DNA from: Okeania sp. SIO2G4
GTDB taxonomy: Bacteria > Cyanobacteriota > Cyanobacteriia > Cyanobacteriales > Microcoleaceae
Assembly: GCF_010672295.1 (NCBI RefSeq)
Contig: NZ_JAAHGW010000045.1
Location: forward strand, 1-53,402
Length of the DNA stretch: 53,402 nt
Direction of reading: 5' to 3'
Part shown: positions 11,775 through 20,033 of the stretch, piece by piece
How positions within the stretch are numbered: the stretch's first letter is position 1
Layout of the letters: each line of letters opens with the position of its first letter
The notes under the pieces: generated by a model
What the model was told of the DNA's origin: nothing
The model's input: only the letters and a program-made list of their open reading frames with translations
Database searches by the model: none
Program-made: the position numbers and the translations under genes

Positions 11775-13340
11775 ATGACTGTCACTAAATCAAATCCATT
11801 AAGGTTTTTAGGCTTTTCGACAGATGATAATATTGATGTTACGAACTATGTTGGAGATTCCCAAGAACCCTATTCCTGGTGGGCTGGTAATTTTCGCTTT
11901 GTTAACCTGTCTGGAAAGTTATTGGGAGCGCACATTGCTCATGCAGGGTTGATTGTACTCTGGGCTGGAGCAATGACTCTGTTTGAGCTATCACAATTCG
12001 ACCCTAGCCTTCCCATGTACGACCAAGGGCTGATTTTGCTGCCCCATTTGGCGACTCTGGGTATAGGGGTTGGAGCCAATGGTGAAATTATTGATACTTA
12101 TCCCTACTTGGCTATTGGTGTTGTCCATCTGGTTAGTTCAGCAATTCTAGGCGCTGGTGGGATTTACCATGCCGTGCTTGGACCTGACAAACTTGATGAA
12201 AAAGGGTTTGGCTACAACTGGGAAGATGGCAAAAAAATGACTACTATCCTTGGTATTCATCTTCTGCTATTAGGGATGGGAGCATTTTTGCTAGTAGTCA
12301 AAGCTATGTATTTTGATGGTTTGTATGACCCGGCAGTAGCTGATGTGAGACTGATTACTCAACCTACTCTCAACCCACAGACTATCTTCGGTTACCTAGT
12401 AGGTATTACTCCTGACGGTTGGACTCTGAAGGGTATGGCTGCTGTCAACTCTCTAGAAGATGTGGTGGGCGGTCATATATGGATTGGTAGCATCTGTATT
12501 CTAGGTGGTATCTGGCATATTACTACTGCTCCTACTAAATGGGCTAAGGGCTTATTTGTCTGGTCGGGAGAAGCATATCTTGCTTATAGTCAGGCAGCTC
12601 TGGCTTATATGGGCTTTTTCGCAGCCTACTTTGTCTGGGTGAATGATACAGTCTATCCTTCAGTATTTTATGGTCCTGTAGGTGTGACTAATGTTGATGG
12701 TACAATCACTCCTCGTACCTGGCTGATGTTGTTCCAACTCATCTTTGCCTGTCTACTGTGGGCTGGCCACTTCTGGCATGGTCTCAGAGCTAGAGCGATC
12801 GCTAGTGGATTTGTCTTCAGTAATCTGAAATTCAATCCTGGTGCCCTCTATGGAGACACTCAGTTTAATAACGAATCTCTAGTTACTGGTATTGTACAGC
12901 CTTTCCAGAACAATCCTCAATTGGGTAATTTGGCAACCCCAATTAATTCCAGTCAGCTTACCATAACTTGGGTTAAGAACTTGCCAATTTACCGCAATGG
13001 TTTATCTCCTATTGCACGGGGTCTAGAAATTGGCATGGCTCATGGCTACCTATTATTAGGGCCTTTTCTCAAGCTCGGACCATTGCGTAACACCGACCAA
13101 GCTCTTCTGGCTGGAGGTGGTAGTGCATCTGGCTTAGTAGTGATTTTAAGTATCTGTCTGTTTGTTTATGGGGCGGTAGTGTTTCAAGGTTCTAGAGAAC
13201 CAAGAGGCGTTTTACCGGAGAACCTACAAACTTATCAGGAATGGAGTTTGTTTACCTCTGGTTTTCTCATTGGAGGACTAGGCGGTGTAGTTTTTGCCTG
13301 CTTTATCCTTATAGAAATCGGGCGAGCGGGAATTTTGTAA
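11775..13340 (+). CDS. isiA: IsiA-like chlorophyll-binding protein fused to a C-terminal PsaL domain
   Basis: The N-terminal ~340 aa form an IsiA domain ([31 protein letters not shown]). The C-terminal ~150 aa match PsaL ([34 protein letters not shown] plus two TM helices). The start is 3 nt after copy 2. Confidence 0.85.
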   Translation: MTVTKSNPLRFLGFSTDDNIDVTNYVGDSQEPYSWWAGNFRFVNLSGKLLGAHIAHAGLIVLWAGAMTLFELSQFDPSLPMYDQGLILLPHLATLGIGVGANGEIIDTYPYLAIGVVHLVSSAILGAGGIYHAVLGPDKLDEKGFGYNWEDGKKMTTILGIHLLLLGMGAFLLVVKAMYFDGLYDPAVADVRLITQPTLNPQTIFGYLVGITPDGWTLKGMAAVNSLEDVVGGHIWIGSICILGGIWHITTAPTKWAKGLFVWSGEAYLAYSQAALAYMGFFAAYFVWVNDTVYPSVFYGPVGVTNVDGTITPRTWLMLFQLIFACLLWAGHFWHGLRARAIASGFVFSNLKFNPGALYGDTQFNNESLVTGIVQPFQNNPQLGNLATPINSSQLTITWVKNLPIYRNGLSPIARGLEIGMAHGYLLLGPFLKLGPLRNTDQALLAGGGSASGLVVILSICLFVYGAVVFQGSREPRGVLPENLQTYQEWSLFTSGFLIGGLGGVVFACFILIEIGRAGIL

Positions 13341-13551
13341 CTTTGTTTGCTTGAGCAGGGGAAGAAGGGCAGAAGTTAATATTCCTAATTTTTATCAGGA
13401 AAGGCAGAAGGCAGGAGGCAGTAGGCAGAAGGGAATTCTGACTCGCCTGTTACCTTTAGGGAACAAGGGTATAAAAACCCCATCCAATTGTTCCTTCTGC
13501 CCTCTGCTCTCAGCATAGCTGCCTTAGTTCATCGGAGATTTACTATGTTTC

Positions 13552-13688
13552 CTGCTCTATAAAACTGACACAAAGCGTCACATAACGTGACAAATTGATG
13601 TTTACTTCCTGCTTCTTGTGAGGCCGTCGGCGGTTACTCATCCACAGGCATTGACGGTCAAGCCAACCGCATCTGTTGAGTCTATACC
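13552..13688 (+). repeat. copy 1 of a ~135-bp conserved dispersed element (candidate structured RNA or MITE)
   Basis: ~88% identical to 42814..42949 in the same orientation. Contains the 15-bp palindrome GTCACATAACGTGAC and a GC-rich core GAGGCCGTCGGCGGTTACTCATCCACA. Confidence 0.8.
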
Positions 13689-14262
13689 TACATTTAAGTC
13701 TTTGTCAATCAACATCAGAAAAAATCCTCAAACCCTGACTGCGCCCTTCCTAGTAGGGAGCGGGATTTCTTCTGAGGTCTATGTCTATATAGATAGACTG
13801 CCAGAAATGTTTAAGTCGCGATTAGTGCAGAAGATACAAAGCGTCACCATCGTTACTACTTGCGTGTGAGAACTAGCGTATTATTTCGGTAAATTGCGCA
13901 AATTGTTAACTAAGTCGAAACTCTCCTGCTTCAGTTAACAGCTCAAATATGTTTTGACAACTCTATGACCTAGAAGTTGTTTGTAAATAATTATTTTGTA
14001 AATAATTATAAAGTTTTTTTACTCCTCACTAATTATAAATCTCCGATAATTAATCTCAAACCCTTGTACTACTTGGGCAAAAACTTCACTTCTGGAGATG
14101 TATATTGAGTATTTCAGAGTACAAAGTTTGGAATAAATAACTAAATTAAAGGTGTTCCTTTACCTTACAAAAATTTACAAACAGTCTCTTTGGAATTTTT
14201 AGGTAATTCACTCTATGATATAGTCGAATCTTATAATTTTTAGTTTTTACAGGATTTTATCA

Positions 14263-14976
14263 ATGACAATTCCTTTAATGTACTACCCACTCTCTAGTCA
14301 AAACCATCGTGTTCAAAGATTTGATGTCCCTGGAGATGAATATCCTATACAATACACTTTAGAGAACCTGCCTACTGCTACAGAGATGGATGAGATTATC
14401 TGGGCAGCCTATAGGCAAATTTTCAATGAGCAGCAAATTATCGCAGCTCATCGACAGGTTGCTCTGGAGTCTCAACTGCGCAATGGTCAGATCACAATGA
14501 AAGATTTCATTCAAGGTTTGTTACTTTCTGAGTCATTCCGGCGACTGATCTATGATGGCAATAGTAACTATCGTTGTGTTGAGCTTTGTATTCAAAGGGT
14601 TTTAGGACGCCCTGTCTATAACAATCAAGAGAAACTTGCCTGGTCTATTGTATTGGCAACAAAAGGACTTCAGGGTTTTGTCAATGACCTGTTAAATAGC
14701 GAAGAATATGACAAGCACTTTGGCTATAACTCTGTTCCCTACCAACGTTGCCGAATTTTACCTCAACGCACTCAGGGAGAGCTGCCTTTTGCTCGGATGG
14801 CTCGTTATGACAGCTATTACCTAAAGCAGTTATATAAAACAGGGCAACTCAGAAAATATCCTCAAGGTGTGGTAGACCCCAGCGCTAATGTTTATCGCAA
14901 AGCTCTATTATTTGTGGGAATACTCTCTATAGCAGTGTTATTAGTGACTCTGACTCTAGTACTTTCGCCCAAATAA
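14263..14976 (+). CDS. cpcL: phycobilisome rod-core linker, CpcG family with a C-terminal hydrophobic anchor (CpcL/CpcG2 type)
   Basis: The N-terminus MTIPLMYYPLSSQNHRVQRFDVPGDE resembles CpcG. A PBS-linker domain follows (YRQIFNEQ...LRNGQITMKDFIQGLLLSESFRRL...LGRPVYNNQEK...SEEYDKHFGYNSVPY), and the protein ends in a TM segment LFVGILSIAVLLVTLTLVL. Confidence 0.8.
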   Translation: MTIPLMYYPLSSQNHRVQRFDVPGDEYPIQYTLENLPTATEMDEIIWAAYRQIFNEQQIIAAHRQVALESQLRNGQITMKDFIQGLLLSESFRRLIYDGNSNYRCVELCIQRVLGRPVYNNQEKLAWSIVLATKGLQGFVNDLLNSEEYDKHFGYNSVPYQRCRILPQRTQGELPFARMARYDSYYLKQLYKTGQLRKYPQGVVDPSANVYRKALLFVGILSIAVLLVTLTLVLSPK

Positions 14977-15231
14977 TATCAATAATCGGGACTTACGCAA
15001 AAGATGAAATCATACACCATCTGTAGTGAAAAATTGTACTTAACCTCTACTATATGTGGTATTTATGCGTAAGTCCTGTAATAAATGTAACATTATGACA
15101 AACATCACAAAAACTTACATATCTACTTCACTCGATCAACACCAAAAAATCACGGTTGGTTGTACCATTAATCACTACCAAATCAGGAAAAAGAGTGGAT
15201 GATTAAAATATAGAATTTAAGATTAATCTTA

Positions 15232-15426
15232 ATGCTTCAAATTAACTTACTTCCCGGTGCAATCAACGAAATTATGGCTTCTGCTGCCAAAAGTGGCTTT
15301 CTCACAAAATTAGACTGCTATGGCCTCATGGCTGCTGTATTAGACGATTCTCTAAGCACAGAAGATCGTTCTACTGTTAAGCGACTTTCATATTTTGTAC
15401 TCAGAGGATGGGTACGAGTAGAGTAG
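15232..15426 (+). CDS. small hypothetical protein
   Basis: 64-aa ORF in an otherwise empty intergenic space. It has no strong RBS and no recognisable domain. Confidence 0.3.
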   Translation: MLQINLLPGAINEIMASAAKSGFLTKLDCYGLMAAVLDDSLSTEDRSTVKRLSYFVLRGWVRVE

Positions 15427-15517
15427 ACATAGAGTTGGCGATCGATACTTTGTTTAAATGTTATGCCTCAACAAATTCATCAGGAAATGCTTACCTTCTT
15501 CCTTCTTCCTTCTTTTC

Positions 15518-17191
15518 CTAAAACAAAAAAATCATCCGAATAATTCCCACAGTAATAGTTTCATTATCCTCGTCATGTTCGGGATTAATAACTACTAAAA
15601 CTCCCGGATTAATTGAAATATTGTCATTAATTTGATAACGATAAAAACCCTCCAAATGCCAAGCTGTATCATCATCATCTGGACCATTATCAGTATCAGT
15701 TACTTTAGGTGGATTTCCAATTACAAAACCAAGCAAACTTCCCTGTTTACCTAAGTCAGTAAATCCGAAAGTAACCGCCCAATTAAAAATAGTTGCTTCA
15801 TCTCCTTCCTTAACCATACCAACAGATTTTTCAGCATCAGCAAAACTCCATCCAGTCCAACCGGAAACTGTAAAATTATTCAAAGCACGCCAACTTCCTT
15901 GAATACCTAAATGATCTGCGGAAGTGGGAACTAAATTACCAAAAGGTGCATTTGCTCTTCTACTACCTGTTGCTGCTGAGACAAATAACTTCCTTTTTGG
16001 ATAGTAAGAACGGACATAAGTAACGCCAAAACGGAGGCGATCGCTTGGTCGAATATCTAGTTGTGCTAAACCTGCATTACTACCATTAAAAAATCCATTA
16101 CTTTCGCTTGGGTTTTCCGGGTCTCTTGCTAAATATCCTAATGATAAAGTTACGGATTTATTAATATTATAAACAACTGTTACTCCAGCACCTCGTGCCC
16201 CTTGGGCATAGATAGGATTGAAGCGTCCAAACCTAGAAATTGCCCCTGATATTCTATTTGCAAAAAGTCTGTTGAAGTTATCAGAAACATTCATATTATA
16301 CCTACCGCCAATAGCGTCAATATGAACTCTAAATTTTTTCCCAATGGGAAAACGATAGAATAATTTCCCAATATCAACAGTATTATTAGTATTTCTTTGA
16401 AATGCTAAACGAGTCATATTTATTCCAGTTATTGGCACTCCATAGGCAACAGTATCCAGAGCATCCAAACGAGTTCTAAATAAGTCTCGTCCTGTAAAGC
16501 TAGTATTAAAATTCAAACTTACTCGATTATTTAAAACAGTATTATCTTCTAAACTACCACCCCCAGCTTTCTCTTCTCCAAAGACATTACTAATAGCAAA
16601 TACAATTTCTCCACCTAGTTTAGTTGTGCTAGAAAACTGATTTGCTTCTAGTTCTGTAGTCCGTGCTTCTAGAGCATCTATTCTGCCTTGAATTTCTGCA
16701 AGTTCGACAGCAAAATCTTCTTGTAAACGTTGTAAAACTGCTAAATCATCTTTAGTTACTAAGTCTGCTGTAGAGGCAGCAATTAATTCGGTAATTCTGT
16801 CTAAACAAGCATTTAAACCTGCGGCAAATTCATAGCGAGTCATAGGACGATTACCACGATAACTACTATCGGGATAACCAACAATACAACCGTAACGTTC
16901 TACTAAAGATTGTAATGCTTGAAATGCCCAATCTGTGGGTTGAACATCTGATAATTGAGATACAGAAGTAACTTGACCCATTGAGTCTGTATTTTGCTCA
17001 AGTTGATTTGGTTTAACGATAATTGCATCTTTAGCAACCGGAGTTATATTTGGTTTTGATGATTCTTTTTCTAATGTTTTTATTTCAGAATTTATTTGTG
17101 TATATTTAATTTCATTTGCTTGAGTTACAGCACAAAATATTACGGTGTTACAGAATATTAAGAAAAGACAATTAAATAAAATTTTTGACAT
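15518..17191 (-). CDS. SLH-domain OprB-family outer-membrane porin
   Basis: A signal peptide is followed by an SLH motif (TDWAFQALQSLVERYGCIVGYPDSSYRGNRPMTRYEFAAGLNACL), a coiled coil, and a C-terminal beta-barrel ending in an aromatic residue (..IIRMIFLF). This is the typical cyanobacterial carbohydrate or iron-uptake porin architecture. Confidence 0.85.
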   Translation of the reverse strand: MSKILFNCLFLIFCNTVIFCAVTQANEIKYTQINSEIKTLEKESSKPNITPVAKDAIIVKPNQLEQNTDSMGQVTSVSQLSDVQPTDWAFQALQSLVERYGCIVGYPDSSYRGNRPMTRYEFAAGLNACLDRITELIAASTADLVTKDDLAVLQRLQEDFAVELAEIQGRIDALEARTTELEANQFSSTTKLGGEIVFAISNVFGEEKAGGGSLEDNTVLNNRVSLNFNTSFTGRDLFRTRLDALDTVAYGVPITGINMTRLAFQRNTNNTVDIGKLFYRFPIGKKFRVHIDAIGGRYNMNVSDNFNRLFANRISGAISRFGRFNPIYAQGARGAGVTVVYNINKSVTLSLGYLARDPENPSESNGFFNGSNAGLAQLDIRPSDRLRFGVTYVRSYYPKRKLFVSAATGSRRANAPFGNLVPTSADHLGIQGSWRALNNFTVSGWTGWSFADAEKSVGMVKEGDEATIFNWAVTFGFTDLGKQGSLLGFVIGNPPKVTDTDNGPDDDDTAWHLEGFYRYQINDNISINPGVLVVINPEHDEDNETITVGIIRMIFLF

Positions 17192-17400
17192 ATTTAACTC
17201 CTTTTTAACTCCTTAAAAAAATTAAATTTATTACTAATAAAATTCTCAAATATATACCACATAGGGATTTCTATTTCGACGCTTACGGAAATGGAGAGTA
17301 TGATTACCAAACCCCTAGATAAAACTGTGTTTTAATTTTTATTCTGTTAAAATAGAAGTAATTATTCATTACTAATTGCTGATAGCTGACTGCTAATAGC

Positions 17401-17430
17401 TGTTTGCGCAACATTCCGCAGGAAATGCTT
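17401..17430 (+). repeat. short dispersed repeat TGTTTGCGCAGCATTCCGCAGGAAA (one of 7 copies)
   Basis: Other copies: 23..48 (+), 5766..5786 (-), 5815..5842 (+), 18527..18550 (-), 27561..27588 (+) and 52129..52160 (+). All lie in intergenic DNA. Confidence 0.85.
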
Positions 17431-17671
17431 ACCCATAATAAAATTCATCATCGGGCAAACTTCCAGCAAAAAGTTTAGGATTTTGCTCCAATAAACGAGA
17501 ATACCAAAACTCTAAATCCTCTTTTGCATCCTTAGCACTGACCATTTCTAATGGCGTATATCCCAGAGATTTTTTAATAACAGGAGCTTTCAAACCTAGA
17601 TATTTTGCTCCCAAAGCAGCAGCATCATCAGGATTTTTTTGAGACCAATTTACCGCTTCAACTAATCCATT

Positions 17672-18448
17672 TTGAACAGTCTGAATTATATCGGGATATT
17701 GATCGATTTTGTGATACCAGCATCAATCTTGGGATTAAATAACATAATTGTTATTCTTCTTGGGGGATTTTTGGGTATGTTTTGGCTTCATTTTTATCGG
17801 GAATTTACCACTGAAACTCCGGCAAATAGACCTTCGGAAAATTCTAGAATTAGATTACCAAAAACACTGATAATCTTATTGATACTCCTGGGAGTATTTT
17901 TATTAATTGATATCCTGACAACATCCGAGATTTCTCTATGGAAACTTAGTAGTTTTTGCCTCAAGGTAGGCAGTTTATTATATGGCAGTGGTTATGTATT
18001 AATTGCCTTCCTACAAGATTTAGTAGATCAGTTTCATTGGTTAACTCAACAACAATTGTTGGATGCTATTGCTATCGGACAAATCACACCAGGACCTTTG
18101 ATTTCTAGCGTCACTTTTATCGGTTATTTATTATTAGGATTACCAGGAGCAATAGTGGGGACAATTTCAATTTTATTACCTGCATTTTTGTTTAGTGCTG
18201 CACTCAATTCTTTGGTGCCACAAATGCGTAATTTTCGGTGGACTTGTGAATTACTTGATGCGATTAATGTTACTTCTATTGCTTTGATGGCATCTGCTTT
18301 TCTGACATTATCTAGATCGACACTTATTAATTGGCAAACTTTGTTGATTGCTCTATTTGCTTGTCTGATAAATTTTCGTTGGAAACTAAATATTATTTTG
18401 ATGATTTTTTTAGGTGCTATTTCTGGTTGGATACTGTTCAGATTTTAA
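17672..18448 (+). CDS. chrA: chromate transporter, CHR family, single CHR domain
   Basis: Carries the CHR signature LKVGSLLYGSGYVLIAFLQDLVDQFHWLTQQQLLDAIAIGQITPGPL. It has a TTG start, only one CHR domain, and an unclear N-terminal 90 aa. Confidence 0.55.
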   Translation: MNSLNYIGILIDFVIPASILGLNNIIVILLGGFLGMFWLHFYREFTTETPANRPSENSRIRLPKTLIILLILLGVFLLIDILTTSEISLWKLSSFCLKVGSLLYGSGYVLIAFLQDLVDQFHWLTQQQLLDAIAIGQITPGPLISSVTFIGYLLLGLPGAIVGTISILLPAFLFSAALNSLVPQMRNFRWTCELLDAINVTSIALMASAFLTLSRSTLINWQTLLIALFACLINFRWKLNIILMIFLGAISGWILFRF

Positions 18449-18796
18449 TTGTTAAAAAGCGTTCAGCAATTCAGCAATCAGCGGTCAGCTTTGTCCTAAG
18501 GGGATTAAACCCAAGCTTTTCCGTTCAGGAATGCTCCGCAAACAGATACCATTATCTATGCACACATTTTTAGACTTATAGCTGATAGCTAATAGCTTAT
18601 AGCTAGTTAACTTTAAATAGGTAGTACCGAAAATCTATGAAAATAAAGCAAGAATAATAAAGAAAACTCTAAATAAAATTGCCACAAAGAATTCTCTTTA
18701 GAAATACTGAAATTATCTTTACTTTTGTTTCTTCCTTCTTCCTTCTTCCTTCTTTCTTCCCTCCTGACTCCTGTCTCCTGTCTCCTGACTCCTTCT

Positions 18797-19597
18797 TTAC
18801 TTATTTTTTTCACCATGATGCCAAGGTTCTAAAAATCTGCGCATGGGGCGAATAACTAAATATTCAGATATCAAAATTAATACCACCGTCACAACCACCC
18901 ATGCCATTACTTCCGCTGTATCAAGATTAATTCTAGCTAGATTCATTTCTGCACCAATACCTGTTTCTGATGATAATAACTCAGACATTATTGCTACTCG
19001 CCAAGCTAATCCTAATCCAGATGCTATTGAAGGAAATAAACTTGATAATAAATGTGGATAATATAAGTCTAATAATAAATTTTTGATAGGAATTTTCAAA
19101 GTAAAAGCCATTTCTATTAGCTGTAAATTGATATTTCTCACACCTTCCACAGCACCAATAAAAATAATTGGTAAAGTAGCAACAGCAACGGTAAATATTG
19201 AAGTAGAATTACCAGTGCCAAACCAAAGTAATGCAATAACAATCCAAGCAATAGGTGGTACTCCTTGCAAAGCAGTAATCAGAGGTCTGACCGCTCGACT
19301 AATCAAAGGTTTTATACCAGCTATTATTCCGAGGAAACTGCCACTTAATGTTGCTATTGTGAAACCACTAATTGCATTTAAATTAGTAGTTAAAATAGCC
19401 AAAGTTAATTTATTTGCCGTTGCCAAATTTTTCAGAGCAACTAGAGTTTCTAGGGGAGAAGGTAGAATAATTGAACTATAGTGCATTGCTAGTATTTGCC
19501 ATATAGTTAGAAATCCTAGAAAACCGATTAATTCAGGTAAAATAACTTGAATTAGTTTGAATATATTTTTATCAAATTTATCAGATTGAATCATCAA
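18797..19597 (-). CDS. ABC transporter permease (NitT/TauT family; nitrate/sulfonate/bicarbonate type)
   Basis: Six TM segments with the EAA-like loop (FTLKIPIKNLLLDLYYPHLLSSLFPSIASGLGLAWRVAIMSELLSS). The ATPase and the binding-protein gene are not adjacent. Confidence 0.75.
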   Translation of the reverse strand: MMIQSDKFDKNIFKLIQVILPELIGFLGFLTIWQILAMHYSSIILPSPLETLVALKNLATANKLTLAILTTNLNAISGFTIATLSGSFLGIIAGIKPLISRAVRPLITALQGVPPIAWIVIALLWFGTGNSTSIFTVAVATLPIIFIGAVEGVRNINLQLIEMAFTLKIPIKNLLLDLYYPHLLSSLFPSIASGLGLAWRVAIMSELLSSETGIGAEMNLARINLDTAEVMAWVVVTVVLILISEYLVIRPMRRFLEPWHHGEKNK

Positions 19598-19680
19598 CTT
19601 GACTATGTTATTTTCAACTTGAATATAATCTTGACAGGATTTATCGCAGAAGGAAGAAGGAAGTCAGAGTAATATAATAT

Positions 19681-19832
19681 CATGTCCGCTGGTATCGTTT
19701 GTGTAAACCCAAGGGTGAATATTTACAGGAAATTTAGGTTTTTTCAAGCTTTTAAGCCTTCTTCCTTCTTCCCTCTTCCTTCTTCCTTACCTTCGCGTTT
19801 ACAATACCGATGCTACCGGACATGATATAATT
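19681..19832. mobile_element. MITE-like element with ~28-bp terminal inverted repeats (ATCATGTCCG.TGGTATCG / CGATGCTACCGGACATGAT)
   Basis: The TIRs ATCATGTCCGCTGGTATCGTTTGTGTAAAC ... GTTTACAATACCGATGCTACCGGACATGAT flank ~95 bp that include a CTTCCTT STRR. A second copy with the same TIRs lies at 27738..27895. Single GGACATGATATAA ends occur at 2395..2420, 9095..9110, 29634..29652 and 40611..40625. Confidence 0.7.
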
Positions 19833-19852
19833 CGTTTGATCATCATACAATG

Positions 19853-19915
19853 CGTAGGGGCGAATGGCCATTTGCGCTCCGCAAAGCTCCGAATGGCGCC
19901 CCTACAATATAGACT
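19853..19915. repeat. palindromic short dispersed repeat GGGGCGAATGGCCATT(T/C)GC(G/C)CC
   Basis: GTAGGGGCGAATGGCCATTTGCGCTCCGCAAAGCTCCGAATGGCGCCCCTAC. Related copies: 53041..53065 (GGGGCAAATGGCCATTCGCCCCT, a near-perfect palindrome), 8993..9020 and 5668..5692. Confidence 0.75.
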
Positions 19916-20033
19916 CTTAATCTTAAACAATGCTGAATAACACTGATGCGATCATATTTGAGATCAAACCCTTGTAGGAATGTTCCATGGAACGCCCCTA
20001 CATTCTTTTTCGGAAGGAAAGCAAGTTAAAAAC

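Noticed and set aside
13570-13584. GTCACATAACGTGAC as an NtcA or CRP-type operator
   Set aside because: NtcA sites are GTAN8TAC and CRP sites are TGTGA-N6-TCACA. This palindrome has the opposite half-site arrangement and occurs inside a dispersed element, so a regulatory assignment is not justified from sequence alone.
13618-13869. 83-aa ORF (and the matching 42721..43002 ORF on the minus strand)
   Set aside because: Both overlap copies of the same conserved non-coding element in different frames and strands, with no RBS. These are artefactual ORFs through a repeat.
18843-19481. Plus-strand ORFs 18843..19061 and 19083..19481
   Set aside because: They are antisense to the ABC permease gene. 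The low-complexity translation reflects the mirror of TM-helix codons.
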